Positions 13,355 to 32,209 of a DNA stretch of 64,000 bases are shown in pieces. The stretch lies in assembly GCF_009914755.1 (NCBI RefSeq), contig NC_060931.1, one strand, 5' to 3'. Numbering within the stretch: position 1 is the first letter of the stretch; every line of letters starts with the position of its first letter. A model generated the notes under the pieces. It had not been told where the DNA came from. It did no database searches and was given only the letters and a program-made list of their open reading frames with translations. Origin of the DNA: the human T2T-CHM13v2.0 reference genome, Homo sapiens. Both the position numbers and the translations under genes were made by a program.

Positions 13355-14322
13355 TGTGGGGAAAAGCAAGAGAGATCAGATTGTTACTGTGTCTGTGTAG
13401 AAAGAAGTAGACATAGGAGACTCCATTTTGTTCTGTACTAAGAAAAATTCTTCTGCCTTGAGATTCTGTTAATCTATAACCTTACCCCCAACCCCATGCT
13501 CTCTGAAACATGTGCTGTGTCAACTCAGAGTTAAATGGATTAAGGGCGGTGCAAGATGTGCTTTGTTAAACAGATGCTTGAAGGCAGCATGCTCGTTAAG
13601 AGTCATCACCACTCCCTAATCTCAAGTACCCAGGGACACAAAAACTGCGGAAGGCCGCAGGGACCTCTGCCTAGGAAAGCCAGGTATTGTCCAAGGTTTC
13701 TCCCCATGTGATAGTCTGAAATATGGCCTCGTGGGAAGGGAAAGACCTGACCGTCCCCCAGCCCGACACCCGTAAAGGGTCTGTGCTGAGGAGGATTAGT
13801 AAAAGAGGAAGGAATGCCTCTTGCAGTTGAGACGAGAGTAAGGCATCTGTCTCCTGCCTGTCCCTGGGCAATGGAATGTCTCGGTATAAAACCCGATTGT
13901 ATGCTCCATCTACTGAGATAGGGAAAAACCGCCTTAGGGCTGGAGGTGGGACCTGCGGGCAGCAATACTGCTTTGTAAAGCATTGAGATTTTTATGTGTA
14001 TGCATATCTAAAAGCACAGCACTTAATCCTTTACATTGTCTATGATGCAAAGACGTTTGTTCACGTGTTTGTCTGCTGACCCTCTCCCCACAATTGTCTT
14101 GTGACCCTGACACATCCCCCTCTTCGAGAAACACCCACAAATGATCAATAAATACTAAGTGAACTCAGAGGCTGGCGGGATCCTCCATATGCTGAACTCT
14201 GGTTCCCCGGGTCCCCTTATTTCTTTCTCTATACTTTGTCTCTGTGTCTTTTTCTTTTCCAAATCTCTCGTCCCACCTTACGAGAAACACCCACAGGTGT
14301 GGAGGGGCAACCCACCCCTACA
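13355..14322 (+). mobile_element. HERV-K(HML-2) LTR5_Hs solo LTR
   Basis: Runs TGTGGGGAAAAGCAAGAGAGATCAGATTG...GGGGCAACCCACCCCTACA, 968 bp. 5-bp TSD ATTTT at 13350-13354 and 14323-14327. Confidence 0.97.
13885..14152 (+). promoter_or_regulatory. LTR5_Hs core signals: TATAAA (13885-13890), octamer-like ATGCAAAG (14045-14052), poly(A) signal AATAAA (14147-14152)
   Basis: Motifs seen at the positions expected within an HML-2 LTR. Activity is not shown. Confidence 0.7.
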
Positions 14323-14329
14323 ATTTTAA

Positions 14330-15010
14330 GAGTCTATGGTTAAATTAGGAAACCCACTATTGTATTTCATCACTTCAACAGGTCAAAGGATAAATTAGTT
14401 ATACAGAGAGATACCAAAATAGTTGATAGGCATCAACAATAATTTTTGATAATAGTTCTTAATAAACTGGAAATAGAAGGGTACTTTATTAACATTTATG
14501 CCAAAACAACAATAGATAACAACATTATTGGTGATTTCCTAAAAGTATTTCTGTTAGCTCAGGGAAAATATAAGAATGCTGCTAATATCACTTTCTAAAA
14601 ATGTTTGTCTGGAATAGCCAGGCCAATAGTACAAAAAGAATAAAAATATTACCTGAATGAGATGATAAACTCATAAGCATTTGTAGGTGATAGAATTTTC
14701 TGCTTAGTAATCCCAAAAATTTCACTAAAAATCTAATACATGTTAAAGTAAATAAACAAAATATAATAAATTTTCTTGGATTAGTAAAAATAGTTATACA
14801 AAAATAGTTATAAAATTAGTAATACAGGTTAAAAATATAATGTAATTATAATTTAATGCAATTGAAATAAAAATAAATAAGAAAGTAGTAAATTTTCTAT
14901 TATAAAAGGACTGATGGTATGAAAATATGCTCATTCACTCAAATCAAAAAGTCAGCACAATCAAAGAAATGCCATTATTTTGTTTAGAGAATAAAAATCA
15001 ACATAATTAT
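14330..15010 (+). mobile_element. Highly decayed L1M ORF2 fragment
   Basis: Degenerate ORF2-like motifs (AATAAACTGGAAATAGAAGGGTACTT, TTTGTAGGTGATAGAATT). Confidence 0.45.
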
Positions 15011-15014
15011 ACCC

Positions 15015-15495
15015 TGTGTGGAAATAAACAGAGACCATCCAAATGAGAACAAGCAGAGGACATTTTGTTCAGAGATTGCTATAGCAGGGGAGTCATCCAC
15101 CATCACTTGCTTTTGGTAGAGACTCAAATGTAAGCAGGGAAGTGGGAAAGCTTTAGAGTAGAAAAAAAGGGAAGGCTTCAAGTATGTCCTGATTGGAAGC
15201 ATGTTACCACGGGAAAACTGTAGGCGGATGAACTAGAAGCAGAGCTTTTTATATGACTAGTTAGTGGTACATATTTGGCTCTCTTTGGTTATTCTAAGTT
15301 AGAAGTAGAGGCAAAAAGAAGAGAATCTGTCAGTTATTTATCAAGCCATGGTAGTTTGGGACCAGTTGTCACAGAGATTATTGTTTGGCTTACTTGGCTG
15401 GTTGCTAGAGAGAATGGTCTGACTTTGTACATGTCTGACTTATAGATAATAAGTTGGTTTCCAGGGCTGGTTGCTGCAGATTGCGGGTCAGAGAT
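15015..15495 (-). mobile_element. MER31-like ERV1 LTR
   Basis: AAATGAGAACAAGCAGAGG...GCTATAGCAGGGGAGTCA...GGGAAGGCTTCAAG...GGGCTGGTTGCTGCAG resembles recalled MER31 antisense sequence. Confidence 0.6.
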
Positions 15496-15514
15496 AAACA
15501 GATTATATAAATAG

Positions 15515-15543
15515 ATTAGATAGATAGACAGATAGATAGATAG
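15515..15543. repeat. (GATA)n microsatellite
   Basis: TAGATAGATAGACAGATAGATAGATAG. Confidence 0.85.
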
Positions 15544-15654
15544 CTATTTCATATGTTTACATATCTATCTACATATAGATCTACATATATATAGTAGTTA
15601 TAAATACATACAGTTAACATATATAACATGTTAACTATATTTTCTGTCTCTCAC

Positions 15655-15814
15655 CAGCTTCACAATATTTGGTGACTAGGAATAGGACCCACATACAGTA
15701 CCAGCAGTTGTGCAAACTGATAACATTCCAGGAAGACAATTTGACATTTTACATTGAAAGTCTATACGATGTTGATTCTCTTTCACCATGTATTTCCAAT
15801 AAGTGAGGGCCTCC
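15655..15814 (-). ncRNA. Candidate exon (160 nt) of an unidentified minus-strand transcript
   Basis: Acceptor tatttctag|GGAG and donor CTG|gtgaga in unique sequence. Stops occur in all three frames. Confidence 0.3.
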
Positions 15815-16764
15815 CTAGAAATATATATGCCTATAACATAAATAATATCAGTATAAACATTAAAAAATTGCACGTGTTTAAAATGAAAGATGATGGCCCC
15901 AGTACACAGTAAGTACTAGAACTGTAATAAATGATAAATGATAATTAAATAATAAGTGAATAAATTGATGTATCTATTAATTAATAAAATAGTTAACTAA
16001 CAAACCAATACCTGTGGGATAACTGACACTATAGCATATAATTGCTGTTTACAGCTTCTAGTGAATTTGGAGCATAAATTATCATATACACATATAAAAG
16101 TCTATACTTATTAAAGGAAAAACACAGTAGCCACTTGTCCTTAACTTGTACTTTTGCACTAGTATATCAGACAACTAGGTGATAACTAGAAATGACTTTT
16201 TACTTTTATACTAAGCTTATTTAAACAGGGATATGTTATGCAATGATCTAAAGATACAAAATTATATTTTTCTCAGTATTGTTATTAATGACCCAAATGG
16301 CATTCTAAAGAAATATTACTTCATTCTTTGGGGATTATACAAAAGTTAGAAAAATATAGCACATGGAAAAATAATTATTCTCATAAAATGACAGCCATGC
16401 ATTTTTGGAAGAGGGAAAACATGCATTCCCAAAAAACACTTATAACCATACACTTAAATTTTGTGATCTCAATAGTTTAGGTTAGCTTGATAATTTCAAT
16501 ATATATGAATGTTTTTATGAACTGGTATAGTCTCTTTAATTAAAACTATACTTTTTCTTACATTACCTAAAGAAGCTCAAGGGGATGAAATATTTAATTA
16601 CAAGACTGTCTATATTAGAGATATCATTTAACATAAAAAAGAAGAACTCCAACACAAAATTGAAAGAGTTCTAATAGAAAATAATTAACAGAAGTATCCA
16701 ATGAAAATGAGCAATTCAAATACACATAAGGACTGCCAATTTACAATGCTAATTTTTTTCTTAC

Positions 16765-16840
16765 CTGTGCAGGATTTTATGACAAAAGCTAAACATGAAT
16801 TGGATTTTTAATTAACCTTGAAATAAACAAGTCAATGATG
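16765..16840 (-). ncRNA. Candidate exon (76 nt, or 24 nt with the alternative acceptor at 16789-16790)
   Basis: Strong donor CAG|gtaaga; acceptors tttactatttgcag| or catgtttag|. Confidence 0.25.
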
Positions 16841-17876
16841 CTGCAAATAGTAAACACTTATTATTTTGATTTACACAGGAATGGCTAGAGTAGGTGGTAT
16901 GAGAATCTGTCCATAGATGTATTTTTACAAACTCCTCTGACTTCATCTCATTCCCTTGGAAAGAAGTTCTATCTTCTACTTATAAATGTTCTCCACAATT
17001 GTGAGGATCACATGATCCCAAAAAATGTTGACAGGCAAATGATACAATATTTTTCAAATGTTTCCAACAAAAGTGAAACAAAATTATTCTACTAGAGTTA
17101 TTAGACTCTAAAAATTGATTGAAATTTTTCTAACATTAAAACTCCTACATATGAATCCTATATGTAATGCATATGACCAAGAGTTTGTGACCAACAATTT
17201 TAAAATCATGGCTCAAACGCTACTATATAACCCCCACTGATGCCTCCAGCATCCCAGTCCATAGTAATCCCTTGCCATCCTATTGTAGTATGCTTCCTTC
17301 ACTTCTGTTAGATAAAGGAAGATTTACTGAGGGAAGTCCAGGACTTAAGCTTGAATCACCTGAGATATACCATACAACTGGCTTCTCTTACTGCCTAATC
17401 TCTCAGAAATGTAATAAAATAACATATTTCATTTCCCTCACCAGACCAGGGAAAGTATCTTTCTTTTTCTTCTTACTTCACACAACCACCCTCCACCACA
17501 TGTTTACAACATGTTTACAGAGCCTATAAAAAAAAACTCTCTTCTTGGGGTTTGGCTATCACAAACTTCTGTGTGAAATTTCAGAGGCAAGTAACTATAA
17601 AGTAGGTAATCTTCTGGAAGAGAGGTTACAGGAAAATACATATAGTAGCTGGAAAATAGTCTTCTCAAAAATACACTCTTTACATCACTCTTAATAATTG
17701 AATCTGTTGGACCCTGGTAGGCACAGCCTTTGAATTTGTGTCATAGACAAAGCCAAGCCACAATGCTCTGAACAAGTTGCATTTGTGCAAGAATACAGTT
17801 GGCACCATTATCAAAATCCCAAGAGGGGTCAAGATCAGGATGAAGAATCAAATTGCTAGTTAATAGCAATATGGTG

Positions 17877-18388
17877 TGTTAGGAGCAAGCCCCCCAAAAT
17901 CTGGCCACAAAGTGGCCCCAAGACTGGCCATAAACAAAATCTCTGCAGCACTGTAACATGTTCATAATGGCCCTAACGCCGTCACTGGAAGGTTGTAAGT
18001 TTACGGGAATGAGGGCAAGGAACACTTGGCCCACCCAGGGCGGAAAACCACTCACAGGCATTCTTAAGCCATCAACAATGGCATAAGCAATCTGTGCCTT
18101 AAGAGCATGTTCCTGCTGCAGTTAACTAGCCCAACCTATTCCTTTAATTCGGCCCATCCCTTCGTTTCCCATGAGGGATACTTTTAGTTAATTTAATATC
18201 TATAGAAACAATGCTAACAACTGGTTTGCTGTTAATAACTATGTGGGTAAATCTCTGTTTGGGGCTCTCAGCTCTGAAGGCTGTGAGACCCCTGATTTCC
18301 CACTTCACACCTCTATATTTCTGTGTGTGTGTCTTTAATTCCTCTAGTGCCGCTGGGTTAGGGTCTCCCTAACCAAGCTGGTCTGGCA
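17877..18388 (+). mobile_element. MER9 solo LTR (HERV-K HML-3)
   Basis: Runs TGTTAGGAGCAAGCCCCCCAAAATCTGGCC...GCTGGTCTGGCA, 512 bp. Perfect 5-bp TSD TGGTG at 17872-17876 and 18389-18393. Confidence 0.92.
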
Positions 18389-19213
18389 TGGTGGATTAAA
18401 AATTCTGAAGAATTATCTGCTAGAATAAATAAATTTTGAAAAAGGTGATTAGATCTTAGTAGAAAGATCACTTCAAGTAGATTACTGGACCTACAATAAG
18501 TAAAGAAAATCTTCCCATTATGATGCTGAGGAACTTTTGAAAAGTGAAGTGTGAGCTGAAACCAGGGCAGTGTTTGCACACTAGAAAGGTCAGATTGCTT
18601 CAAGGGCAGACACTGATACCAAGAGCCCCAAATTTCAACTGAAACTGAGACAGTTTGGCTGTCCATATGGAGATATCAGAATGTAAAATAATCCATATGC
18701 ATAGTAAAAAAAAAATGGGTTCCAACACTAAGATGATCTCACATGACAAGTTTGAAAGTAACCAAATATTTTATAAAGACACAACCAAAGAAATAATATT
18801 AGTTAGCTGAAAATTGTAGTACAGAAAGTCAAGGATATAGAAAAATATAGAGTTTGAGATACATGAAGAAAAAAGGAGACGCTCTGTAATGTGCCCATTT
18901 ATATATTTAAAAATAAATTACTGTCAGTATATTTTTAATAAACACTGAAATTCCCAGAAATGAAATGATTATTCAAGTCTTTCTACAGTAGAATAGAAAA
19001 AAAATAGTGTTCACACAATGAAATATTACCTAACAATGAAAATTAATAAAAGTTACAACTGTAACCAAAAATGTGGACGAATTATGGTAACGTAATGAGT
19101 GAATAAAACTGGTTGCAAAAGGCTCTATATAGTTATCCAACATGTTTACATATTTCTAAAACAAACAAAAATAATCGATACACTAATGACACAAATGTAT
19201 GAAATAGAAATAG

Positions 19214-21642
19214 TGATATGGTTTGGATCTGTGTCCCTATCCAAATCTTATGTTGAAATGTAATTCCCAGTGCTGGAGTTGGGGTCTAGTGGTAGGTGGT
19301 TGGATCATAGGAGCGCTTTCTCATAAATGGTTTAGCACCGTCCTCCTAGTGGTGTTCTTATGATAGAGTTCTCACAAGATCCGGTTGTTAAAAAGTGTAG
19401 TAACTTCCCCCTCTCTCTCTTCCTCCTGCTCTGGCCATGTGAAATGCTGGCTCCCCTTTTGCCTTCTGTCATGATTATAGGTGTCCCCAGAAACCAAGCA
19501 GATACTGCCATGCTTCCTGTACAGCCTGCAGGACCATGAGCCAATTAAACCTCTTTTCTTTATAAATTACACAGTCTCCAGTATTTCTTTATAGCAATGT
19601 GAGAAGGAATACAAAAATTGGTACCAGTAGTGAGGTATTTTGATAGAGATACCTGAAAATATGGAATTGGCTTTGGAACTGGGTAATGGGCAGATGTTGG
19701 AAGACTGGAGTGGGGCTCAGAAGAAGACAGGAAAATGAGGGAAAGTTTAGAACTTCTTAAAGACTTGTTAAATTGTTGTGACCAAAATGCTGATAGTGAT
19801 ATGTACAGTGAAGTTCAGACTGAGGAGATCTCAGAGAGAAATTAGAAACTTATTGGGAACTGAAATAAAGGTCACTTTTGCTCTGAGTTAGTAAAGAACC
19901 TGGCAGCATTGTGCTCCTGCCCTAGGGATCTGTGGAACTTTGAATTTGAGAGTAAGATTTAGGGTATCTGGTGGAATAAATTTCTAAGCAGCAAAGCATT
20001 CAAGGTATAGCCAGGCTGTTTTGAACAGCCTACACTCATAAGCATGAGCAAAGAAATTACATAAAACTGGAACTTATATTTAAAGGAGAAGCAAAGTGTA
20101 AAAATTTGAAAAATTTCCAGCTCAGCCATGTGGTAGAAAAGTAAAGCCCATTTTTAGGGGAGAAATTCAAGCTGGCTGTAGAAATTTTTTTCATAAGTAA
20201 AGAGGGACCAATTGCTAATAACCAAGACAATGGGAAAGGGCCTCAAAGGCATTTCAGAGATCTTCATGGCAGCCCCTCCCATCATAGGTCCAGAGGCCTA
20301 GAATGAAAGAATGGTTTCCTGGCCCAGGCTCAGGGCGCTGTTGACCTGTGCAGTCTGGGGACACTGCTTCTCGAGTCCCAACCACTGCAGCTCCAGCCAT
20401 GGCTGAAAGGGGCCCATGTACAGCTCAGGCCACTTCTTCAGAGGGTACAAGACATAAGCCTTAGTAGCTTCTGCATTATGTTAAGCCTGTGGGTGCACAG
20501 AGTACAAGAGTTGAGGCTTGGGAGCTTCTGTCTAGATTTCAGGGGATGTATGGAAAAGCCTGGGTGTCCAGGGAGAAGCCTGCTGCAGGAGTGGAGCCCT
20601 CACAGAGAACTTCTACTAGGGTAGTGCAGAGGGGAAACATGGGGTTAAAGCCGCCATGCAGAGTCCCCTCTGGAGCACTACATAGTGGAGCTGTGAGAGG
20701 AGGGCCACCATCCTCCAGACTCAAAATGATAGATCCACCAGCAGCTTACACTCTCAGCCTGGAAAAGCCACAGGCACTCAGTGCCAGCCCTTAACAGCAG
20801 CTTTGGAGGATGAACCCTGGAAAGCCACAGGGGTAGAGCTGCCCAAAGCTTTTGGAGCCCACCCCTTGCACAAGTTTTCCCTGGATATAGGACATGGAGT
20901 CAAAGATTATTTTGAAGCCTTAAGATTTATTGACTTCCCTGCTGGGTTTTGGAATTGCAAGGGGCCAGTAACCCCTTTCTTTTGGCTGATGTCTCCCATT
21001 TGGAACAGGATTATTTACCCAATGCTTATACCACCATTGTATCTTGGAAGTAACCAGCTTATTTTTGATTTAATAGGCTCATAGACTAAAGGACCTTGCC
21101 TTGTCTCAGATGAGATTTTGGACTTTGGACTTTTGAGTTAATGCTGGAATGAGTTAAGACTTTGAGGGTTATTGAGAAGGCATGACTGTATTTTGCAATG
21201 TGAGAAGAACATGAGATTTGGAAGGGATCAAGGGTGGAATGATCTGGTTTGGATATGTGTCCTTACTCGAGTCTCATGTGGAAATATAATCCCCAGTGCT
21301 GGAGGTGGGGCCTGTTGGGAGGTTATTGGATCATGGGGGTGGTTTCTCATGAATGGTTTAGCACCACCCCTCTGGTACTGTTCTCATGACAGAGATCTTG
21401 TTGTTTAAAAGTGTGTGGCACCTGTCTCCTCTTTATATTTCTTCTGCTCTGGCCGTGTGAAATAATGGCTCCCCCTTCGCATTCTGCCATGATCGTAAGA
21501 TTTCTGAGGCCTCCCCAGAAATTGAGCAGCTGTCATGTTTCCTATACAGGCTGCAGAACCATGAGCTAATTAAACCTCTTTTCCTTATAAATTACCCAGT
21601 CTCAGCTGTTTCTTTATAGCAATGAGAGACTGGACTAATACA
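19214..21642 (+). mobile_element. Full-length MST MaLR (5' LTR 19214-19613, internal 19614-21239, 3' LTR 21240-21642)
   Basis: Two ~400-bp TG...CA LTRs. The internal region starts AAAATTGGTACC and has a purine tract before the 3' LTR. TSD AATAG/ACTAG. Appears to interrupt an old L1ME 3' fragment. Confidence 0.92.
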
Positions 21643-22036
21643 ACTAGTAAACCAAAGCCAGGGGATGGTAACCAAAAAGTTTGGGATTGGGCTTGCTTCT
21701 CAACAGGGAACAGAAGAAGCAGATTAGAGAATAACACAGAAGTAAATGCAAAATTATGTTCATATTCTTTAGATAAGTTGTGCTTCTAGACATGTTCATT
21801 TTATGAATATGATTTATATCTCACATGATTTTAATATCCCATTGTCTGTTTAACAATTATTTTGAAGACATCAGTCAGAATTTGAGCAATTCAATTATTT
21901 GAGTTTTCTGGACTTAGTCTTTGCCTTCATTAATGAGGTTTATGAACTCTTTAATTATTGAAGTTTTTTTATTATTCAATTATTCATGTTAGAATTTTGC
22001 ATAATTCCATCATCCTAAATAGCTTAAGACTAAGTA

Positions 22037-22517
22037 CTGTTGACCCTTGAGCAACAGGGGCTTGAACTATGAAGACCCATGTAGACTCAAAATTTTTTCT
22101 ATGAAAATTACATCAAGTGGGCCTGCCACCCCTTCCACCTCCTCCACCGCTTCTGACTCTGCCACCCCTGAAAGAGCAAGGCTAACCCCTTCTCCTTCTC
22201 CTCCTCCTCTGCCTACTCAACATATCAACGATGAGGATGAAGACCTTTATGATAATCCACTTTCAGAGTAAATATATTTTTATTTATGATTTTTTAAATA
22301 AAATTTTAATTTTCTAACTTACTTTATGGTAAGAATACAATGTATAATACATATAATATACAAATATGTATAAATTGGGTGTTTATGTTATTGGTAAGGC
22401 TTCTGGTCAACAGTAGGCTATTTGTAGTTAAGTTTTAGCAAAGTCAAAAATTATACGCAATTTTCAACTGGGCAGGGGATGGCGTCCTTAATTTCTGCAT
22501 TCTTCAAGGGCCAACTG
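22037..22517 (+). mobile_element. Tigger2a (MER28) DNA transposon
   Basis: TIRs CTGTTGACCCTTGA...TCAAGGGCCAACTG and internal GAGGATGAAGACCTTTATGATAATCCAC. Confidence 0.88.
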
Positions 22518-22519
22518 CT

Positions 22520-22556
22520 TGTGTGTGTGTGTGTGTGTGTGTGTGCGCGTGTGTGT
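22520..22556. repeat. (TG)n microsatellite
   Basis: Directly visible TG run with a short CG interruption. Confidence 0.95.
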
Positions 22557-22654
22557 ATGCTATGTTCCTTCCATTTATTGATATGTTGGATAATGATTAA
22601 ACAGCAGCTAAAACACTCAGAAATTATAGAATCAGCCATAATATTCACTAAATA

Positions 22655-22820
22655 TTTGGCTTACTATCCGTATAACTTTGGGCCAGTTACCCAAACATAC
22701 TCTTTGGTTTCTACATGTGTAAGTTGGAAAGGTATACCTGTGCCAAGGAGGTGGTTATGCAGGAGATTAAATTATATATATATATATATAATTCCTACTG
22801 TAATAGTAGTGAACTAAATA
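22655..22820 (+). mobile_element. MIR fragment
   Basis: Degenerate MIR core (ACTTTGGGCCAGTTAC...GTTTCTACATGTGTAA...GGAGATTAAAT). Confidence 0.5.
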
Positions 22821-23171
22821 AATAAATGATAACCTCCTCATCTACCTCTTCCTTCAGCTCAGCACAATAGTTATCATTATCCTCTTCATAATCATAAACA
22901 TTACAAACAATCTATTTATATAATCAATATATTTTTATTGTGTCATATTATGTACCAGAAATGGTGCCAGGTTAGTATCAGTGGCAAAAGTATGAATGAA
23001 ATTATACCCAAAAGGCAAATCTATAGTCACAAGTCAAAATAGTAATCTTTCTAGGAAAGACCCACTGTATTTCAGAATGCTTGAACAACACAATAAGGCT
23101 AAAGTCAATTATTTAAAGAATTCACTCTCAAGATCTAACCTCTCCTTGAAAATCCGGCCAGATGCCTGAGT

Positions 23172-23400
23172 CAGCATTTTCCCAATTGTGTTTGAAGGAA
23201 ATATAGTCCCATAAGATGCTCCTAGGGAAAAAGAGCAGGATTTCATGATAAAATCAGTTGGGGAAGACTATATTATATTTCCTTTGAAAATTCACAAGAC
23301 ATACTAGCATATGAATGCCTCTGAGAAGTTTTAGAGTAATGAATTCTGTTTACCTGTATTTGCCCCACAGCAATAAAAAAACTGACCTTGGAAATCTTTT
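23172..23400. mobile_element. MER103-like hAT-Charlie fragment
   Basis: CAGCATTTTCCCAATTGTGT...AGTCCCATAAGATGCTCC...CTCTGAGAAG resembles recalled MER103C. Confidence 0.6.
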
Positions 23401-23583
23401 AAAGTTATAAATATTGATATCTTTTCAAACTGATGTATATGAAGGTAGCTAATTATCACTCAAATCATTAGTAAAATATATTAGAAATATACAAAAACTT
23501 AAAAAACCTTAATATATTAAGTCACTGAAGAAGTTTTACAATGTAAGAAATGTCTAGCTCCATGCAATGCCTTAAGGTTTAAT

Positions 23584-23684
23584 ATAACTCAGCAGTTTGA
23601 GAGGCCAAGGTGGGAAATCAGTTCAGGCCAGGAATTGGACACCAGCCTGAGCAACATATTGAGACCCTGTTTCAAAAAAAAAAA
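23584..23684 (+). mobile_element. FLAM/AluJ monomer fragment
   Basis: GAGGCCAAGGTGGG...ACCAGCCTGAGCAACATATTGAGACCCTGTTTC followed by an A tail. Confidence 0.85.
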
Positions 23685-25701
23685 GAGATATCTTTATACA
23701 TCTGTGCATGTGTATATATGTAGACTTAGATGTATACAGGTATTTTAAACTTGCAAAATCAGGTATTTCTGAGAGTTGGAATAACAGGTGATTTTTATTT
23801 TTAAATACTTCTTTCAGTAATCTTGCTTTCCTACACTGAATGAATATTTCTTCAATAATCAGGAAAATTAACAAATAATATGAATTTATTATAATTTACC
23901 TAAATATTATACATTAAAATTTAAGTTTAGAAATTGGTATGTGTTTGCTACTACCGGGGTTGTTAGATGACACCCACAAAAAATGTATAAATGGTTCATA
24001 ACTTATTAAAATACTTACTATATCTGCAATTAAAATTGATATCTTTCATTAACTATTACTAATTTTAAAAAATCAGTAATTTTCTAATGATCCCCATATT
24101 CTAGATACTGCATAATTCTAAGGCAACTTAAAGTATTATTCCTTGGCTTCCATATAATTTTTGACTTTGCTAAAACTTAACTACTAATAACTCCCTTGGC
24201 TCCCTGGTGGTTACTATTTAACCATAACACTGGCTTAATAAGAGAAGAAAGTTGCCAATTTAAATACAACCATGAAGTATGAGGACAGTTATAAAACAAA
24301 CACATGGATTTCATTGATGACTGAAATTAAATCATACCTAGTGTTTTCCTGTGCAAAAAAGCAAACAGGAAATCATGCAATTTTATGTTATCAAAGGCTT
24401 AATTCATTAACAATCTATTTTATTCCATTTTATTTTAATTAGCTTTATGGTATTATTTATCTTTAGTGGAAATTAAATATAATTAATAGAGTTAGTTAAA
24501 TAGAATTAAAGCATTTTCCCTGGCAAAGAAAATTTACAGCAAGTTTGTGGTTTTTAAAAATAAAAATAACAAAACATCGACTACAATAAAAATGATTTAA
24601 ATGTAATTCATCTTTTTTATATAACTCATTAAATGAAATATTAAAGATTGACTGTGTTACCAGTCATTGATGGAAATTTGTTGTCTATTCATGGTTAACA
24701 ATATCTATGGAAGGTTCAAGTTTTTGCAGTGTCCAGATGTGTACAGGACAATAGGAATGTTCATATTTATTTTCCTGGAATTTCTTTACAGCTTTTCTCT
24801 TAGGCATGTAATCACTCTAGGAAGGATATGAGATTTTTCGGTTATTCAATTCACACATACACACATACACAATTATTAATTTAGTGAAAACAAAAAGAAA
24901 ATGAGCTTTCTTATATCTAGGAGCAAAATTCATTTCTTCAACACAGGCACACAAAAAAATAAGTCTCACATATATGAAGTCAAGGTCTTGCATAGAAATT
25001 CTTAATCAGTGGGTACTTTTTACCTGGTAGCCACTCAGTAGTCTCTTCGCTCTTTTCCTCATTGCTTTTAAATTGAAAAAAGGTTAAGGAAAAAAATGAC
25101 ACTCTGCTCCTCTGGTAATTTCTAGAATTGCAATTAGTGAGGAAAGATATTTGAGAAAGTTATCATCAACTAGTCTTCTTTTCTTTGATATGTAAGGTGA
25201 AATTGTGTGTGTCTGTGTGTTTGTGTCTATGTGTGTATGTGCCACATTCATAGAAGTCAGAATGCATCATTTCTACAACACAAGAATTGGGATCAATCTC
25301 CTCTGCCAAGAACTTGAACTTTGGACTAAAGTGTAAATCAACATTGATCAAAAAAATTGAAATCCAAAAGGTGAAGAAATTTTGCAAGACCACTTCCCTG
25401 CTCTAAATGAGTTTAAGTTCTACTGCCAGAAGAAATTTATTCCAGGGCATTGTGGTAACACAGAGATGAAGAGATGTCAGTTACTTTTAAGAAATCAGAA
25501 AATTTTACAAGAATAGTGCCAGACAGAGAAACACAACTATGCAATTTTAATTTTAAAAAGAATAAAATAGTGGATTCTGCAAACAACAAGCCAAGAAGAT
25601 TTGGTGTTAATTTTGAATAACATTGTATTTATCTATTTATCATTTATTTATTATGTATTTATTTATTTATTTGCTGTGCAGTAGATCTTTTGAACTTATT
25701 C

Positions 25702-31872
<6,171 letters not shown>

Positions 31873-32209
31873 TGGATAACATTTTTAAAAGAATTAGCAA
31901 AAAATAGGTTGTTAACACTTCATAAACAAGATTTATGAAAACCATATAATATATTCATAAGAACAAAATACTTTCAGAAGCTTGTTACATTTTAGGGGGA
32001 GAGTGAGCATGGTTTCCAGAATAATGGATCAAAGAACTATGATAATAAACAGTGTATGAACATTAGCAAAGTAGTTCATATGATTTTTTTTAATAAGAAA
32101 AACGATTTGATTGAGTAATCTTTTTAGAAGGGTAGATTAACAGGATGATTCACTCAGAAAAAAGATGCATCTTTTGGCATTATGTAAGGGTCCAGTTCTC
32201 AGTCATCTC

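Noticed and set aside
13606-14140. Minus-strand ORFs of 125, 66 and 68 aa
   Set aside because: They lie wholly within LTR5_Hs. No proviral gag/pol/env is present, because the TSD flanks the solo LTR.
22047-22271. Pro/Ser-rich, acidic 74-aa ORF
   Set aside because: Translation of Tigger2a internal sequence.
25253-25406. Plus-strand open frame KSECIISTTQELGS... with exon-like ends
   Set aside because: Weak polypyrimidine tract and donor; no recognisable protein.
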